The notes beneath the pieces were generated by a model that ran no database searches, was not told where the DNA came from, and was given only the letters and a program-made list of their open reading frames with translations. A stretch of 28,462 nucleotides of DNA from a virus (lineage: Duplodnaviria > Caudoviricetes): positions 1-28,462 of the IMG/VR virus record IMGVR_UViG_3300048999_000131; one strand, given 5' to 3'. Shown in pieces: positions 6,060 through 13,978 of the stretch. The translations under genes were made by a program, and so were the position numbers. Within the stretch, counting starts at the first letter, position 1, and every line of letters begins with the position of its first letter.

Positions 6060-6719
6060 ATGTCCACCACAAGCCAGCGCATGGGGCTCAAGATCCCCGA
6101 CGGGTCGGACCCGTTCCTGCGGACCGACTTCGTCCAGAACTACAACACCTTGGACAGCTATCCGGGTGTCAGGATCTGCACCTCCACCACGCGACCCTCC
6201 TGGGGCTCGGGCCAGGCGGGCATGCTCATCCTGGAGACCGACACCCGCCGGAACATGATGTGGACCGGCACCACGTGGCGGGAGATGCTCTACGGCCCGG
6301 CGGTCTGGTGGGGCTCCACACGCCCTCAGGTGACGGCGGGCGCGAACACGATCCTCACGTACACGGTCGGCACCTTCACCGTGAACCGGCCCGGCACCAT
6401 CCTGGGCCTGCTCACCACGGAGATGGCCTTGTCCTGCCGGGGTCTGAACGGCTGCAACGTCCGCTGCATGCTGGACGGCGTGGACGCCAATATCGACACC
6501 GGCAACGGCGGTGAGTTCATCGCCAGCGCACTGCCCAACAGCTCCACCTTCGGCACCGGCAAGTCGGTCCAGACGGTACCTTCGATGGGTATCCGCAACA
6601 TCTCGGCCGGTACCCACTCCATCGGCCTGCGGGTCCAGACGTCGACCAGCAACGTCGCGGATCTGAAGCTCACCTCCGTCCGCGCCATGGCCGTCTTCGT
6701 CAACGGCACGGACCGCTAG
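6060..6719 (+). CDS. Putative minor tail/fibre-type structural protein
   Basis: N-terminus resembles fibre proteins (MGLKIPDGSD...TTRPSW...GMLILETDT..MMWTGTTW); beta-rich C-terminus. Confidence 0.55.
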   Translation: MSTTSQRMGLKIPDGSDPFLRTDFVQNYNTLDSYPGVRICTSTTRPSWGSGQAGMLILETDTRRNMMWTGTTWREMLYGPAVWWGSTRPQVTAGANTILTYTVGTFTVNRPGTILGLLTTEMALSCRGLNGCNVRCMLDGVDANIDTGNGGEFIASALPNSSTFGTGKSVQTVPSMGIRNISAGTHSIGLRVQTSTSNVADLKLTSVRAMAVFVNGTDR

Positions 6720-6727
6720 GAGTCCTC

Positions 6728-7597
6728 ATGGCCCTGTACTGGAACGACCGCAAGTACGTCAGCCAGTACGCCATCGATCCGGTGGGGATCAAGCTCGTCC
6801 GCAACCAGGTCCCCATCGACGCCGACGACGGCGTGCAGGCGACGATGTTCTCGGAGACGACCGGCAACCAGGTCTTCACGCGGCCTGCGGACCATCCGGG
6901 CACCGGCGAGTACGAGGTGTCCTTCGCGAGCGCGGAGACGTCTGTACCGGGGCCGTACACCCTCACGTGGACCTACTCGGTTCTGGGCAGCCAGGAGTAC
7001 GTGGAGTCCGGGATCGAGATCGGTCCGGCCGCCCCCTCGTACGACTATCTGCCGGAAGCTTTCAAGGATCTCGTGGAACAGACGGTGCTCCGTCTGGCCG
7101 ACACGATCGACTCCCCGGGCGGTGGCCCGAACCTCACCACGTACGTGCAGTCGAAGTACGGGCGCGGCAGGATCGCCGAGCTGATGTTCATCGCCCTGGG
7201 CCGCATGAACACGATGGCCCAGCCCTTCCAGACGTACACCCTGGACGGGGTCGGGGGAGCCCAGTTCCCGGTGGCCCAGTGGGGACCCCTCCTGGGCACC
7301 CTCACGTGGATCGAGACCCTCAAGCACCTGATCCGCTCCTACACCGAGCAGCCGACCTTTATGGGTTCGGGAGACGTCTCCCGGCTGGACCGGCGCGACT
7401 ACACCCAGCGGTGGCGGGATGTGCTCATGGAGGAGGAGGCGGCGGCCAAGAGCCAGCTCGATGTCTTCAAGATCGCCTCCATGGGTCTCGGCCGACCGGC
7501 CGTACTGATCTCCGGCGGGGTGTATGGCCGATATGGCCCAACTAGGATGGCGGGGTCGGTAGCTGCCCGTCCGAGGTATTGGACCAGATTTTACTGA
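6728..7597 (+). CDS. Putative head-to-tail adaptor
   Basis: RBS AGGAG, Ig-like N-terminus with a helical C-terminus, and position in the head-tail module. Confidence 0.5.
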   Translation: MALYWNDRKYVSQYAIDPVGIKLVRNQVPIDADDGVQATMFSETTGNQVFTRPADHPGTGEYEVSFASAETSVPGPYTLTWTYSVLGSQEYVESGIEIGPAAPSYDYLPEAFKDLVEQTVLRLADTIDSPGGGPNLTTYVQSKYGRGRIAELMFIALGRMNTMAQPFQTYTLDGVGGAQFPVAQWGPLLGTLTWIETLKHLIRSYTEQPTFMGSGDVSRLDRRDYTQRWRDVLMEEEAAAKSQLDVFKIASMGLGRPAVLISGGVYGRYGPTRMAGSVAARPRYWTRFY

Positions 7598-7617
7598 GTT
7601 TGTCTAGTAATGTCCAT

Positions 7618-7646
7618 TTGTCAGGGCACCAAGCACCTGATAACGT
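7618..7646 (+). promoter_or_regulatory. Sigma70-type promoter with the same palindromic -10 context as the repeat units
   Basis: TTGTCA (7618-7623), 17-nt spacer, TAACGT (7641-7646), embedded in CCTGA-TAACG-TCAGG. Confidence 0.55.
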
Positions 7647-7651
7647 CAGGG

Positions 7652-7763
7652 CTGCGGTGAAACCGGTCCCTCCGGCGGATCCGGCCCCCAGTGGCGAGAG
7701 GGATTTTAAAAACCACTGGCTAACGATGGGCCCCCGGCGCGCTAGAACGCGTGGACGGGGGCC
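7652..7763 (+). ncRNA. Candidate structured ncRNA
   Basis: Intergenic and downstream of the promoter. Interleaved pairings TCCCTC/GAGGGA and CCAGTGG/CCACTGG, with terminal stem GGCCCCCG/CGGGGGCC. Confidence 0.4.
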
Positions 7764-7797
7764 TGTCGCATGTCTGACAACTCCCCGGAAAGGGTGG
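7764..7797 (+). promoter_or_regulatory. Putative late promoter motif
   Basis: TGTC-N20-GAAAGGGTGG. Confidence 0.6.
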
Positions 7798-7808
7798 AGG
7801 TGGTCCCC

Positions 7809-7985
7809 ATGGCCTATTCGGTCACCATCGCGACCGGCAAGACGAATGTCGTGCTCCCCAACGGGAACCTGTACCAGGCGGGTGATGTGGCGATCCTGTC
7901 GGACGATCAGTTCGGTCAGATGCTCGCCGCCACGAAGACCGCCATCTTCTCGGCGTCCTCGATCATCGCGGTTCCCAACAGCTAG
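7809..7985 (+). CDS. Small hypothetical structural protein (58 aa, MAYSVTIATG...)
   Basis: RBS GGAGGTGG before ATG 7809; typical codon bias. Confidence 0.65.
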   Translation: MAYSVTIATGKTNVVLPNGNLYQAGDVAILSDDQFGQMLAATKTAIFSASSIIAVPNS

Positions 7986-8091
7986 ACCCTGATAGAGTCA
8001 GGGTCAGCAAGGCATCGCAGTGCCGGGCTCGGCTGGGTGGGGCAAGGCAGCGCTAGGCAAGGGGAAGGGCCCTTCGAGAGAAGGGCCCTTC
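7985..8091 (+). ncRNA. GGY-NN pentamer repeat unit G (orphan, 11 NN)
   Basis: GACCCTGA-TAGAG-TCAGGGTC (7985-8005), then AGC-AA GGC-AT CGC-AG TGC-CG GGC-TC GGC-TG GGT-GG GGC-AA GGC-AG CGC-TA GGC-AA GGG, then hairpin GAAGGGCCCTTC-gaga-GAAGGGCCCTTC (8064-8091). Confidence 0.82.
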
Positions 8092-8095
8092 GTCG

Positions 8096-8129
8096 TGTCC
8101 TGGCCAGATCGAGCCCGATGAAGGGGTGA
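8096..8129 (+). promoter_or_regulatory. Putative late promoter motif
   Basis: TGTC-N20-GAAGGGGTGA. Confidence 0.65.
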
Positions 8130-8150
8130 AGGATCCATCCCGGAGGCGAC

Positions 8151-9695
8151 ATGGCCCGCTATTTGTACCCCCAGGATCGTCTGGTCTTCCGCTATGGCGC
8201 TCCTGGGACTCCGCTGTACTCCCCTCAGGGGGAGACCCTCACGATCTACGCCGACGCGGGCGGCACGACTCTGGCGAGCATCCAGGAGCCGGACGGGACC
8301 CCTACGGACTCGACCCTGGACATCGGGGCGGACTGCCTGATCCCGGAGTTCAAGGGACCCGACGCGGCGACCACCGTGTGGGCCAAGAACCGTGCCGGGG
8401 ATCTGACCCCCTTGTTCGCCCAGACCGGCCAGTTCCTCACGCCTGGTTCCTCGGCGGTCACCTCTGTCAACGGTCACACGGGCGCGGTAGTCCTGGACTC
8501 GGCCGATGTGGACGCCTATCCGCAGGACGACGGCACGGCTCTGGCGGGGCGCGTCACCACCGTGGAGTCGGGCCGCCTGCTGGCGGTCAACAACCTCTCC
8601 GACCTGAGCAACCCCGCCTCGGCCCGTGCAGCCCTCAGCCTGGGCAACGCGGCCGTCCGGTCGGTCGGCACCACGAACAGCACCGTGGCCGCCGGAGACG
8701 CGCCCTCTGCGGCCGTCACAGCCCACATCGCGGCCTCGGACCCCCATGGTGACCGCGCCTACGCGGACGGGAGCAAGCTCGCCAAGAGCGCCAACCTCTC
8801 CGACGTGGCCAACCCGGCGACCGCTCGGACGAGCCTGGGACTGGGCTCGGCAGCCGTCAGGGCAGTAGGTGCGACCTCTGCCGACGTCGCGGCCGGAGAT
8901 GCCCCTGCGAACGCCGTCACAGCCCACGTGGCGGCTTCCGACCCGCACGGGGACCGCGCCTTCGCCACGGCGGCCATCGGGACGCACACGGCCGCCACGG
9001 ACCCTCACGGGGACCGTGCGTACGCGGACACGGCGAAGCTCGCGAAGAGCGCGAATCTCTCGGACGTCCAGACCCCCGCCACGGCCCGGACGAACCTCGG
9101 CCTGACCGCCATCGCCACGGCCGCCTTCGGCACCACGGCGGGCACCGTGACCCAGGGCAACGACAGCCGTCTCACCAACGCCCGTACGCCGACCGCTCAC
9201 GCCGCCACGCACGCCTCTGCGGGCTCGGACCCCATCACGCTGGCCCAGAGCCAGGTGACCGGCCTCACGGCAGCCCTGGGCACCTACCTGCCCCTCGCGG
9301 GCGGCACCCTGACCGGAGACCTGGTCCTCCAGGGCACCAGCAAGGCGTACCGGCTCCGGCGTGGGGGAGCGGGCCTGGACTTCGAGGCCGCCGGGGTCGA
9401 CATGGTTCTGTCGAACTGGTCGGCCGGAGACTTCACCGGGACCCAGCGCAGCTACATCCGCTTCTCGGCCGACGCCCAGAACATGCAGGTCGCGGGCAAG
9501 GTCGAGTTCGTGGATGCCCTGTACGGCTCGGCCAAGCACATCCTGGACGGCGCTACGAACACCGCTGCCTTCTTCGGTGCGGCAGCGGTCGGCAGGCAGA
9601 CCGTGAGCGGCTCCAAGGCCTCCGGAGCGGCCTTGACGAGCCTCCTCGCGGCCATGGTGAACCTCGGCCTGATCACCGACTCCACGACGGCCTAG
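8151..9695 (+). CDS. Tail fibre-like protein with internal repeats
   Basis: VTSVNGHTGAVVL motif, three NLSD(L/V)xxPAxARxxLGL-type repeats, three HxAAxDPHGDRA repeats, and YLPLAGGTLTG. Confidence 0.75.
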   Translation: MARYLYPQDRLVFRYGAPGTPLYSPQGETLTIYADAGGTTLASIQEPDGTPTDSTLDIGADCLIPEFKGPDAATTVWAKNRAGDLTPLFAQTGQFLTPGSSAVTSVNGHTGAVVLDSADVDAYPQDDGTALAGRVTTVESGRLLAVNNLSDLSNPASARAALSLGNAAVRSVGTTNSTVAAGDAPSAAVTAHIAASDPHGDRAYADGSKLAKSANLSDVANPATARTSLGLGSAAVRAVGATSADVAAGDAPANAVTAHVAASDPHGDRAFATAAIGTHTAATDPHGDRAYADTAKLAKSANLSDVQTPATARTNLGLTAIATAAFGTTAGTVTQGNDSRLTNARTPTAHAATHASAGSDPITLAQSQVTGLTAALGTYLPLAGGTLTGDLVLQGTSKAYRLRRGGAGLDFEAAGVDMVLSNWSAGDFTGTQRSYIRFSADAQNMQVAGKVEFVDALYGSAKHILDGATNTAAFFGAAAVGRQTVSGSKASGAALTSLLAAMVNLGLITDSTTA

Positions 9696-9703
9696 GAGGA
9701 CCT

Positions 9704-10417
9704 GTGCCCCTCGGTATCCCGCAGCCCACCCCGGTCCTCCCGGCCTCCCGGGTCACCCATCAGCCGTACTACGTCCGCCAGGTCCAGCGATGGGCCGTCG
9801 ACCAGGAACGCCAGAGGCACCTTCAGGCGCTCTACACGATCGGCGAGTGGACGATGTTCTGCCTGATGTGGCATCTGGACGACTTCGAGAAGGGCCTGGT
9901 CGGCCGGTGCCAGACGTGCTACGTCGGCTCCCGGTACGCCCAGGCGTACAAGCAGGGCGAGCGCACCAAGTGCCCGGACTGCTACAACACGACCTTCGAG
10001 GGCGGCTTCCGCGCGATCATCGTGCGCCCGGCGATCTTCTCGGACTCCGATGAGAACCTCCAGGCACAGCAGCGGGGCATCGTGGCGCCCGACCAGCTCG
10101 ACCTGGAGTCCACCCCGGACTTCCGCGTGCGTACGGGGGACTACTGCTTCCGCTCCACGGGGCACCGGTTCTTCCTGCGGGTGCCGAAGCGCGTGACCCT
10201 CCGGACGGGCTTCGCGACGCCGTACCAGCGCTCGATGGCCATCGGGTACAACCACGCGCGGGCCTCCCTGGAGGACCCCAACACGGTGGCGTACCTGATC
10301 CCTCCGGTCGAGGAGGACGTGATCCAGATCCTGAACGTCACCGCGCCGGAGCCGTTGTCCTTCGCTCAGTACGAGATCATCCGGTCGCCGCTCATCCCTG
10401 TTGACGACCTCGCTTAG
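9704..10417 (+). CDS. Putative head-closure/stopper protein with CxxC...CxxC
   Basis: GTG start with RBS AGGAGGA; CQTC and CPDC motifs; synteny. Confidence 0.5.
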   Translation: MPLGIPQPTPVLPASRVTHQPYYVRQVQRWAVDQERQRHLQALYTIGEWTMFCLMWHLDDFEKGLVGRCQTCYVGSRYAQAYKQGERTKCPDCYNTTFEGGFRAIIVRPAIFSDSDENLQAQQRGIVAPDQLDLESTPDFRVRTGDYCFRSTGHRFFLRVPKRVTLRTGFATPYQRSMAIGYNHARASLEDPNTVAYLIPPVEEDVIQILNVTAPEPLSFAQYEIIRSPLIPVDDLA

Positions 10418-10428
10418 GAGAGAACGAG

Positions 10429-11784
10429 ATGTCCCTTCTGTGGGTCCGCACCGCTGCGGCGGAGTGGTACAAAGCCCGGAACACGGCGGACATGGCCGCC
10501 ATGAAGCGGCACCGCCAGCAGATCATGGGCGCCCACGGCGTGAAGGACTATCAGGCGGGCATCGCCCTGAGGCCTGTCTATCAGGCCCTGTCCCGGAGCA
10601 AGATCGGCCAGATCAGCGCCAAGGACGCGGGCTTCGCCTCTTCTCCCCGGCAGGATTCCTACGGCAGTGACGTGCTCCCCTGGGATGACGATCACCCCTT
10701 GAACGAGCACGAGAACTGGCACAAGATCCCCGTCACGGACGTCTCTCTGCGCGGGCCCGTCCATGCCACCCAGGACGGCGTGGGAGCCAGCCTCGTGGCC
10801 CACAATCTCTTCCACCCCGGGAAGCTCCCTCCCACGGAGTGGCCCGGCCAGGAGGGCACCAAGGGGCTCGGGGACCCCGACGTCGACCCGGACACCCACG
10901 ACCACGCCGAACGTGTGGAGAACGTAGGAGCCGACGAGGCCAGCAAGGTCCCGAGGTTCTACCGGAAGAACGGCCAGCTCCATGTGGCCGACGGACATCA
11001 CCAGGTGGCCGCCGCACTGCTGATGAAGAAGCCCCACATCCAGGGCCGTGTCTGGGACGAGTCGGCCATGGGGAAAGAGGCCATGGCGTGGTGGAACAAC
11101 GACGAGGACCACGACTACGAGGAGGACCTGCGCCCAAAAGGTGAAAGCCTCGCAGAGCGGGGCGGCCGGTTCGTCAAGCAGATCTCCGATGCCCACGGGA
11201 TCCCCGAAGGTCATGCCCGTTCTGTCGCCAAGACCCTCCTGGGCCATGTCCAGAACGGGACGATGGACCCCCGGCAGTACGGCTTCGCCTCGGCCGCCCA
11301 CGACCGCGAGGGCCACTACTCCCTCCCGCAGACGCGGGCCCTGATGGATCACAAGACCTGGGCGGGCAAGAAGCCCGAGTCGGTGGACATCTCCCAGGGT
11401 GTGCATGCCACCCAGAACTACGTGGATCCCGACCGGGTGGCTCACAACGTCTTCCACCCGGGCAAGAAGGCCCCCTGGTCGGAGCCGCACGCCACGGGCG
11501 ACCCCGACTACGACCCGCACTGGGACGGAGACGAGGACGAAGAGGGGTCCGGCATGGAGATGGACCACGACTCGGTCCAGAACCGGAAGCTGGAGAACCA
11601 CACCCGCTTCGTCCGCCGGAACAACGGGGACCTGGAGGTCGCCGACGGGCACCACAGGGTTGCGGCAGACCTTTTGCTGGGGAAGACCCACACCCCGGGT
11701 GTAGTGCTCCACGAGAACGAGCTGAACAGCCACATGCAGCGCTTCAGCTTCTCCCTGACCGCCCTCTTCGAGAACTGGAACTGA
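10429..11784 (+). CDS. His-rich protein with two tandem ParB/Srx-like domains
   Basis: Duplicated VHATQ...VAHN(L/V)FHPGK and VADGHH(Q/R)VAA motifs; RBS AGGAG. Confidence 0.7.
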   Translation: MSLLWVRTAAAEWYKARNTADMAAMKRHRQQIMGAHGVKDYQAGIALRPVYQALSRSKIGQISAKDAGFASSPRQDSYGSDVLPWDDDHPLNEHENWHKIPVTDVSLRGPVHATQDGVGASLVAHNLFHPGKLPPTEWPGQEGTKGLGDPDVDPDTHDHAERVENVGADEASKVPRFYRKNGQLHVADGHHQVAAALLMKKPHIQGRVWDESAMGKEAMAWWNNDEDHDYEEDLRPKGESLAERGGRFVKQISDAHGIPEGHARSVAKTLLGHVQNGTMDPRQYGFASAAHDREGHYSLPQTRALMDHKTWAGKKPESVDISQGVHATQNYVDPDRVAHNVFHPGKKAPWSEPHATGDPDYDPHWDGDEDEEGSGMEMDHDSVQNRKLENHTRFVRRNNGDLEVADGHHRVAADLLLGKTHTPGVVLHENELNSHMQRFSFSLTALFENWN

Positions 11785-11786
11785 TC

Positions 11787-12545
11787 ATGAGCCTGCTGTG
11801 GAGGACAGCGGTCCGTCGTACGGCCGCCTGGGAGCCCCGGAATTCCGTGGAGCACATCCACCCCTCGGAGATGGAGAACGACTACCACACGCCCCTCCAG
11901 CGCGAGCACGTGAGCCGCATGGCGGACTCCATCAAGCAGCACGGGTACAGCCCGGAGAGGCACGGTCAGCTCGGTCTGAACGTCACCGACGAGGGCGAGA
12001 ACATCTACCACCACACCTCTGGTACGGACACGCACCCGGACGACGCGCACCCTCACGAGCACCTCCTGAAGGCGCTCCAGGAGACAGGCCACGGAGACGT
12101 GCCGGTCCATGTTCACGACCAGTCCTCCACCGAAGAGCACCCGGCGCCGGAGTACTACCACGGCACCACGGTGGAGGACCTGGAGCGTATTCACCCGAAC
12201 CACGGCAATTCGGGGAACTTCGGCCAGGGAACGCACGCCAGGGGCTATGCGTACGCCACGGGCAAGAATTCGGCCTGGAACTACGCGGAGAAGGCCGCCG
12301 ACAACCAGGAGGGCGTTCCGCACGTCTACAAGGTCTCCCCGCGCGGACCCGTGGAGGAGGACCCGCACTGGGAGAACGGCAACAACCGGGGCAACAACCT
12401 GGATGACGTGCGCTCGAAGCACGGCTTCGACACCCAGGGCGAAGAGGAGATGCCCCAGCACCTCCAGAACTACTACCACGACCGGATCCACGGCGAAGAG
12501 GGCGAGGATCACGGGTACGGCGAGGACGAGGGCGGGGACTGGTAG
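11787..12545 (+). CDS. His-rich protein: ParB-like N-terminal fragment plus Arr-like ADP-ribosyltransferase domain
   Basis: HVSRMADSIKQHGY, then YYHGT...YAYAT...AWNYA...HVYKVSPRGPVEEDP, resembling the Arr family pattern (FYHGT...VYxVEPTGxxExDP). Confidence 0.62.
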   Translation: MSLLWRTAVRRTAAWEPRNSVEHIHPSEMENDYHTPLQREHVSRMADSIKQHGYSPERHGQLGLNVTDEGENIYHHTSGTDTHPDDAHPHEHLLKALQETGHGDVPVHVHDQSSTEEHPAPEYYHGTTVEDLERIHPNHGNSGNFGQGTHARGYAYATGKNSAWNYAEKAADNQEGVPHVYKVSPRGPVEEDPHWENGNNRGNNLDDVRSKHGFDTQGEEEMPQHLQNYYHDRIHGEEGEDHGYGEDEGGDW

Positions 12546-12548
12546 GCC

Positions 12549-13259
12549 ATGCTCCTGGAGACGGCGGAGATGCGGCTTGCCGAGACCCCTGACCGGATCA
12601 TTCTGGTCATTCCTGGTCTCAAGCCGAACCGTGCTCGCGCATGTGCCCTGGCGGCCGTACGCGAGTGCCGCCGGAAGATGCCGAAGATGAGCGGGGCCTC
12701 GGCGGCCCGGCTCCAGCCCCTGTACGGCAAGGGGTACTTCGGCATCTGGTGGGCCGACTCCTACGTCTTCTTCCAGGACCACGGCATCCGGCCGTTCACC
12801 ATGCGCAGTCTGGCGGGCAAGACGATCCCCATGTGGATCAACGACCCCACCGGCGCTGAGCGGGCCAAAAACCCCAAGGCCAAGGTGCGCGTCACCATGT
12901 CCGGCCAGACCCAGATCCTGATCTTCCGCAAGGCGGCGGCCATCGGCCAGCGGATCACGAAATACGGGCGGGACAAGGTCACCGGCGCCCGCATCGTGAT
13001 CTCTGACAAACCCGCCTCGTACCCGGGTGCTCCCGGTCGCATCGGAGTCCGCGAGGCGGCTAATCCCCGCACGACTCCCGGCCGCCAGGGAGGCCAGATC
13101 GCCCGGGGCAACGTGGGTGTCCGCTGGCGCCATCCAGGGACCGCGCCGCGATTGTTCCTGAACAACGCCGTCACCCTGGCCGCCCAGTGGAATGGGATCA
13201 TGCCGACCCGCGTGTACCTGTGCGACGGGAACTGGCGCAACCAGATCAAGGTGCCCTGA
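12549..13259 (+). CDS. Putative neck/tail-completion protein (HK97 gp10-like)
   Basis: Basic protein with FQDHGIRPF and WRHPGTAPRLFL, located just before the tail terminator. Confidence 0.55.
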   Translation: MLLETAEMRLAETPDRIILVIPGLKPNRARACALAAVRECRRKMPKMSGASAARLQPLYGKGYFGIWWADSYVFFQDHGIRPFTMRSLAGKTIPMWINDPTGAERAKNPKAKVRVTMSGQTQILIFRKAAAIGQRITKYGRDKVTGARIVISDKPASYPGAPGRIGVREAANPRTTPGRQGGQIARGNVGVRWRHPGTAPRLFLNNAVTLAAQWNGIMPTRVYLCDGNWRNQIKVP

Positions 13260-13900
13260 TGTACATCACTCCCCTCAAGACGATCCTCGTCGAGGCCCTC
13301 AAAGAGACCTTTGACGGATCCTTCCCTCTGACCGAGTTCCGGCAGACGCACGTCGACCCGGATTACCCGGTGGACCAGCAGGACTATCCGGCGATCTGGG
13401 TCGACTACGACGACACACAGCCCCTCCTGAAGGCAGGCATCTCCCACCGGGAGACCGTCAGCTCCTCGGGCACCACGGTGGCCCCGTTCACCCGCTGGCG
13501 CTTCCAGGGGTACATCTCGCTGACCGTGATCGCCCTGAACTCGCTGGAGCGCGACCGGCTCTTCGACCAGATGGTCCGGGTGGTGGCCTTCGGCGAGGAG
13601 GACTCGGTCGTCGGCCGGTTCCGGTACTACATCTCGAACAACGACCTGATCGCGGCCAACCTCCAGACGGACAAGATCGAGATCCGGGGGAATGCTGCTG
13701 CTCCCGGTACCCCCTGGGGCACCGACGAGATGATGTACGAGCGGTCGCTGAATCTGGAGATCATCGGGGAGTTCGTCCCCGACCCGGAGACCGGCACGCT
13801 CGTCCCGCTCTCGGCGATCATCGTGACCATGCACGAGGAGCTTCCCGGCGACGACTTCGAGGACCCGATCACCGGTACGGGTCCCGCCGACTGGCACTGA
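13259..13900 (+). CDS. Putative tail terminator
   Basis: ATG overlaps the upstream TGA (TGATG); DYPAIWV and ERDRLFDQM motifs; directly before the sheath gene. Confidence 0.55.
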   Translation: MYITPLKTILVEALKETFDGSFPLTEFRQTHVDPDYPVDQQDYPAIWVDYDDTQPLLKAGISHRETVSSSGTTVAPFTRWRFQGYISLTVIALNSLERDRLFDQMVRVVAFGEEDSVVGRFRYYISNNDLIAANLQTDKIEIRGNAAAPGTPWGTDEMMYERSLNLEIIGEFVPDPETGTLVPLSAIIVTMHEELPGDDFEDPITGTGPADWH

Positions 13901-13904
13901 TTGC

Positions 13905-13938
13905 TGTCCTTCGAGGGACCGCACCTCGGAAGGGGTGG
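13905..13938 (+). promoter_or_regulatory. Putative late promoter motif
   Basis: TGTC-N20-GAAGGGGTGG, upstream of the sheath gene. Confidence 0.65.
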
Positions 13939-13978
13939 AAGCCCGATCTAGCCACCGGTCCCGGAGGGGTGGAAAACC

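Noticed and set aside
7649-7730. HDV-like or twister ribozyme assignment
   Set aside because: Fragments resemble them (GGCTAA, CCGGTCCC, GAGGG), but I could not build the full required helix set.
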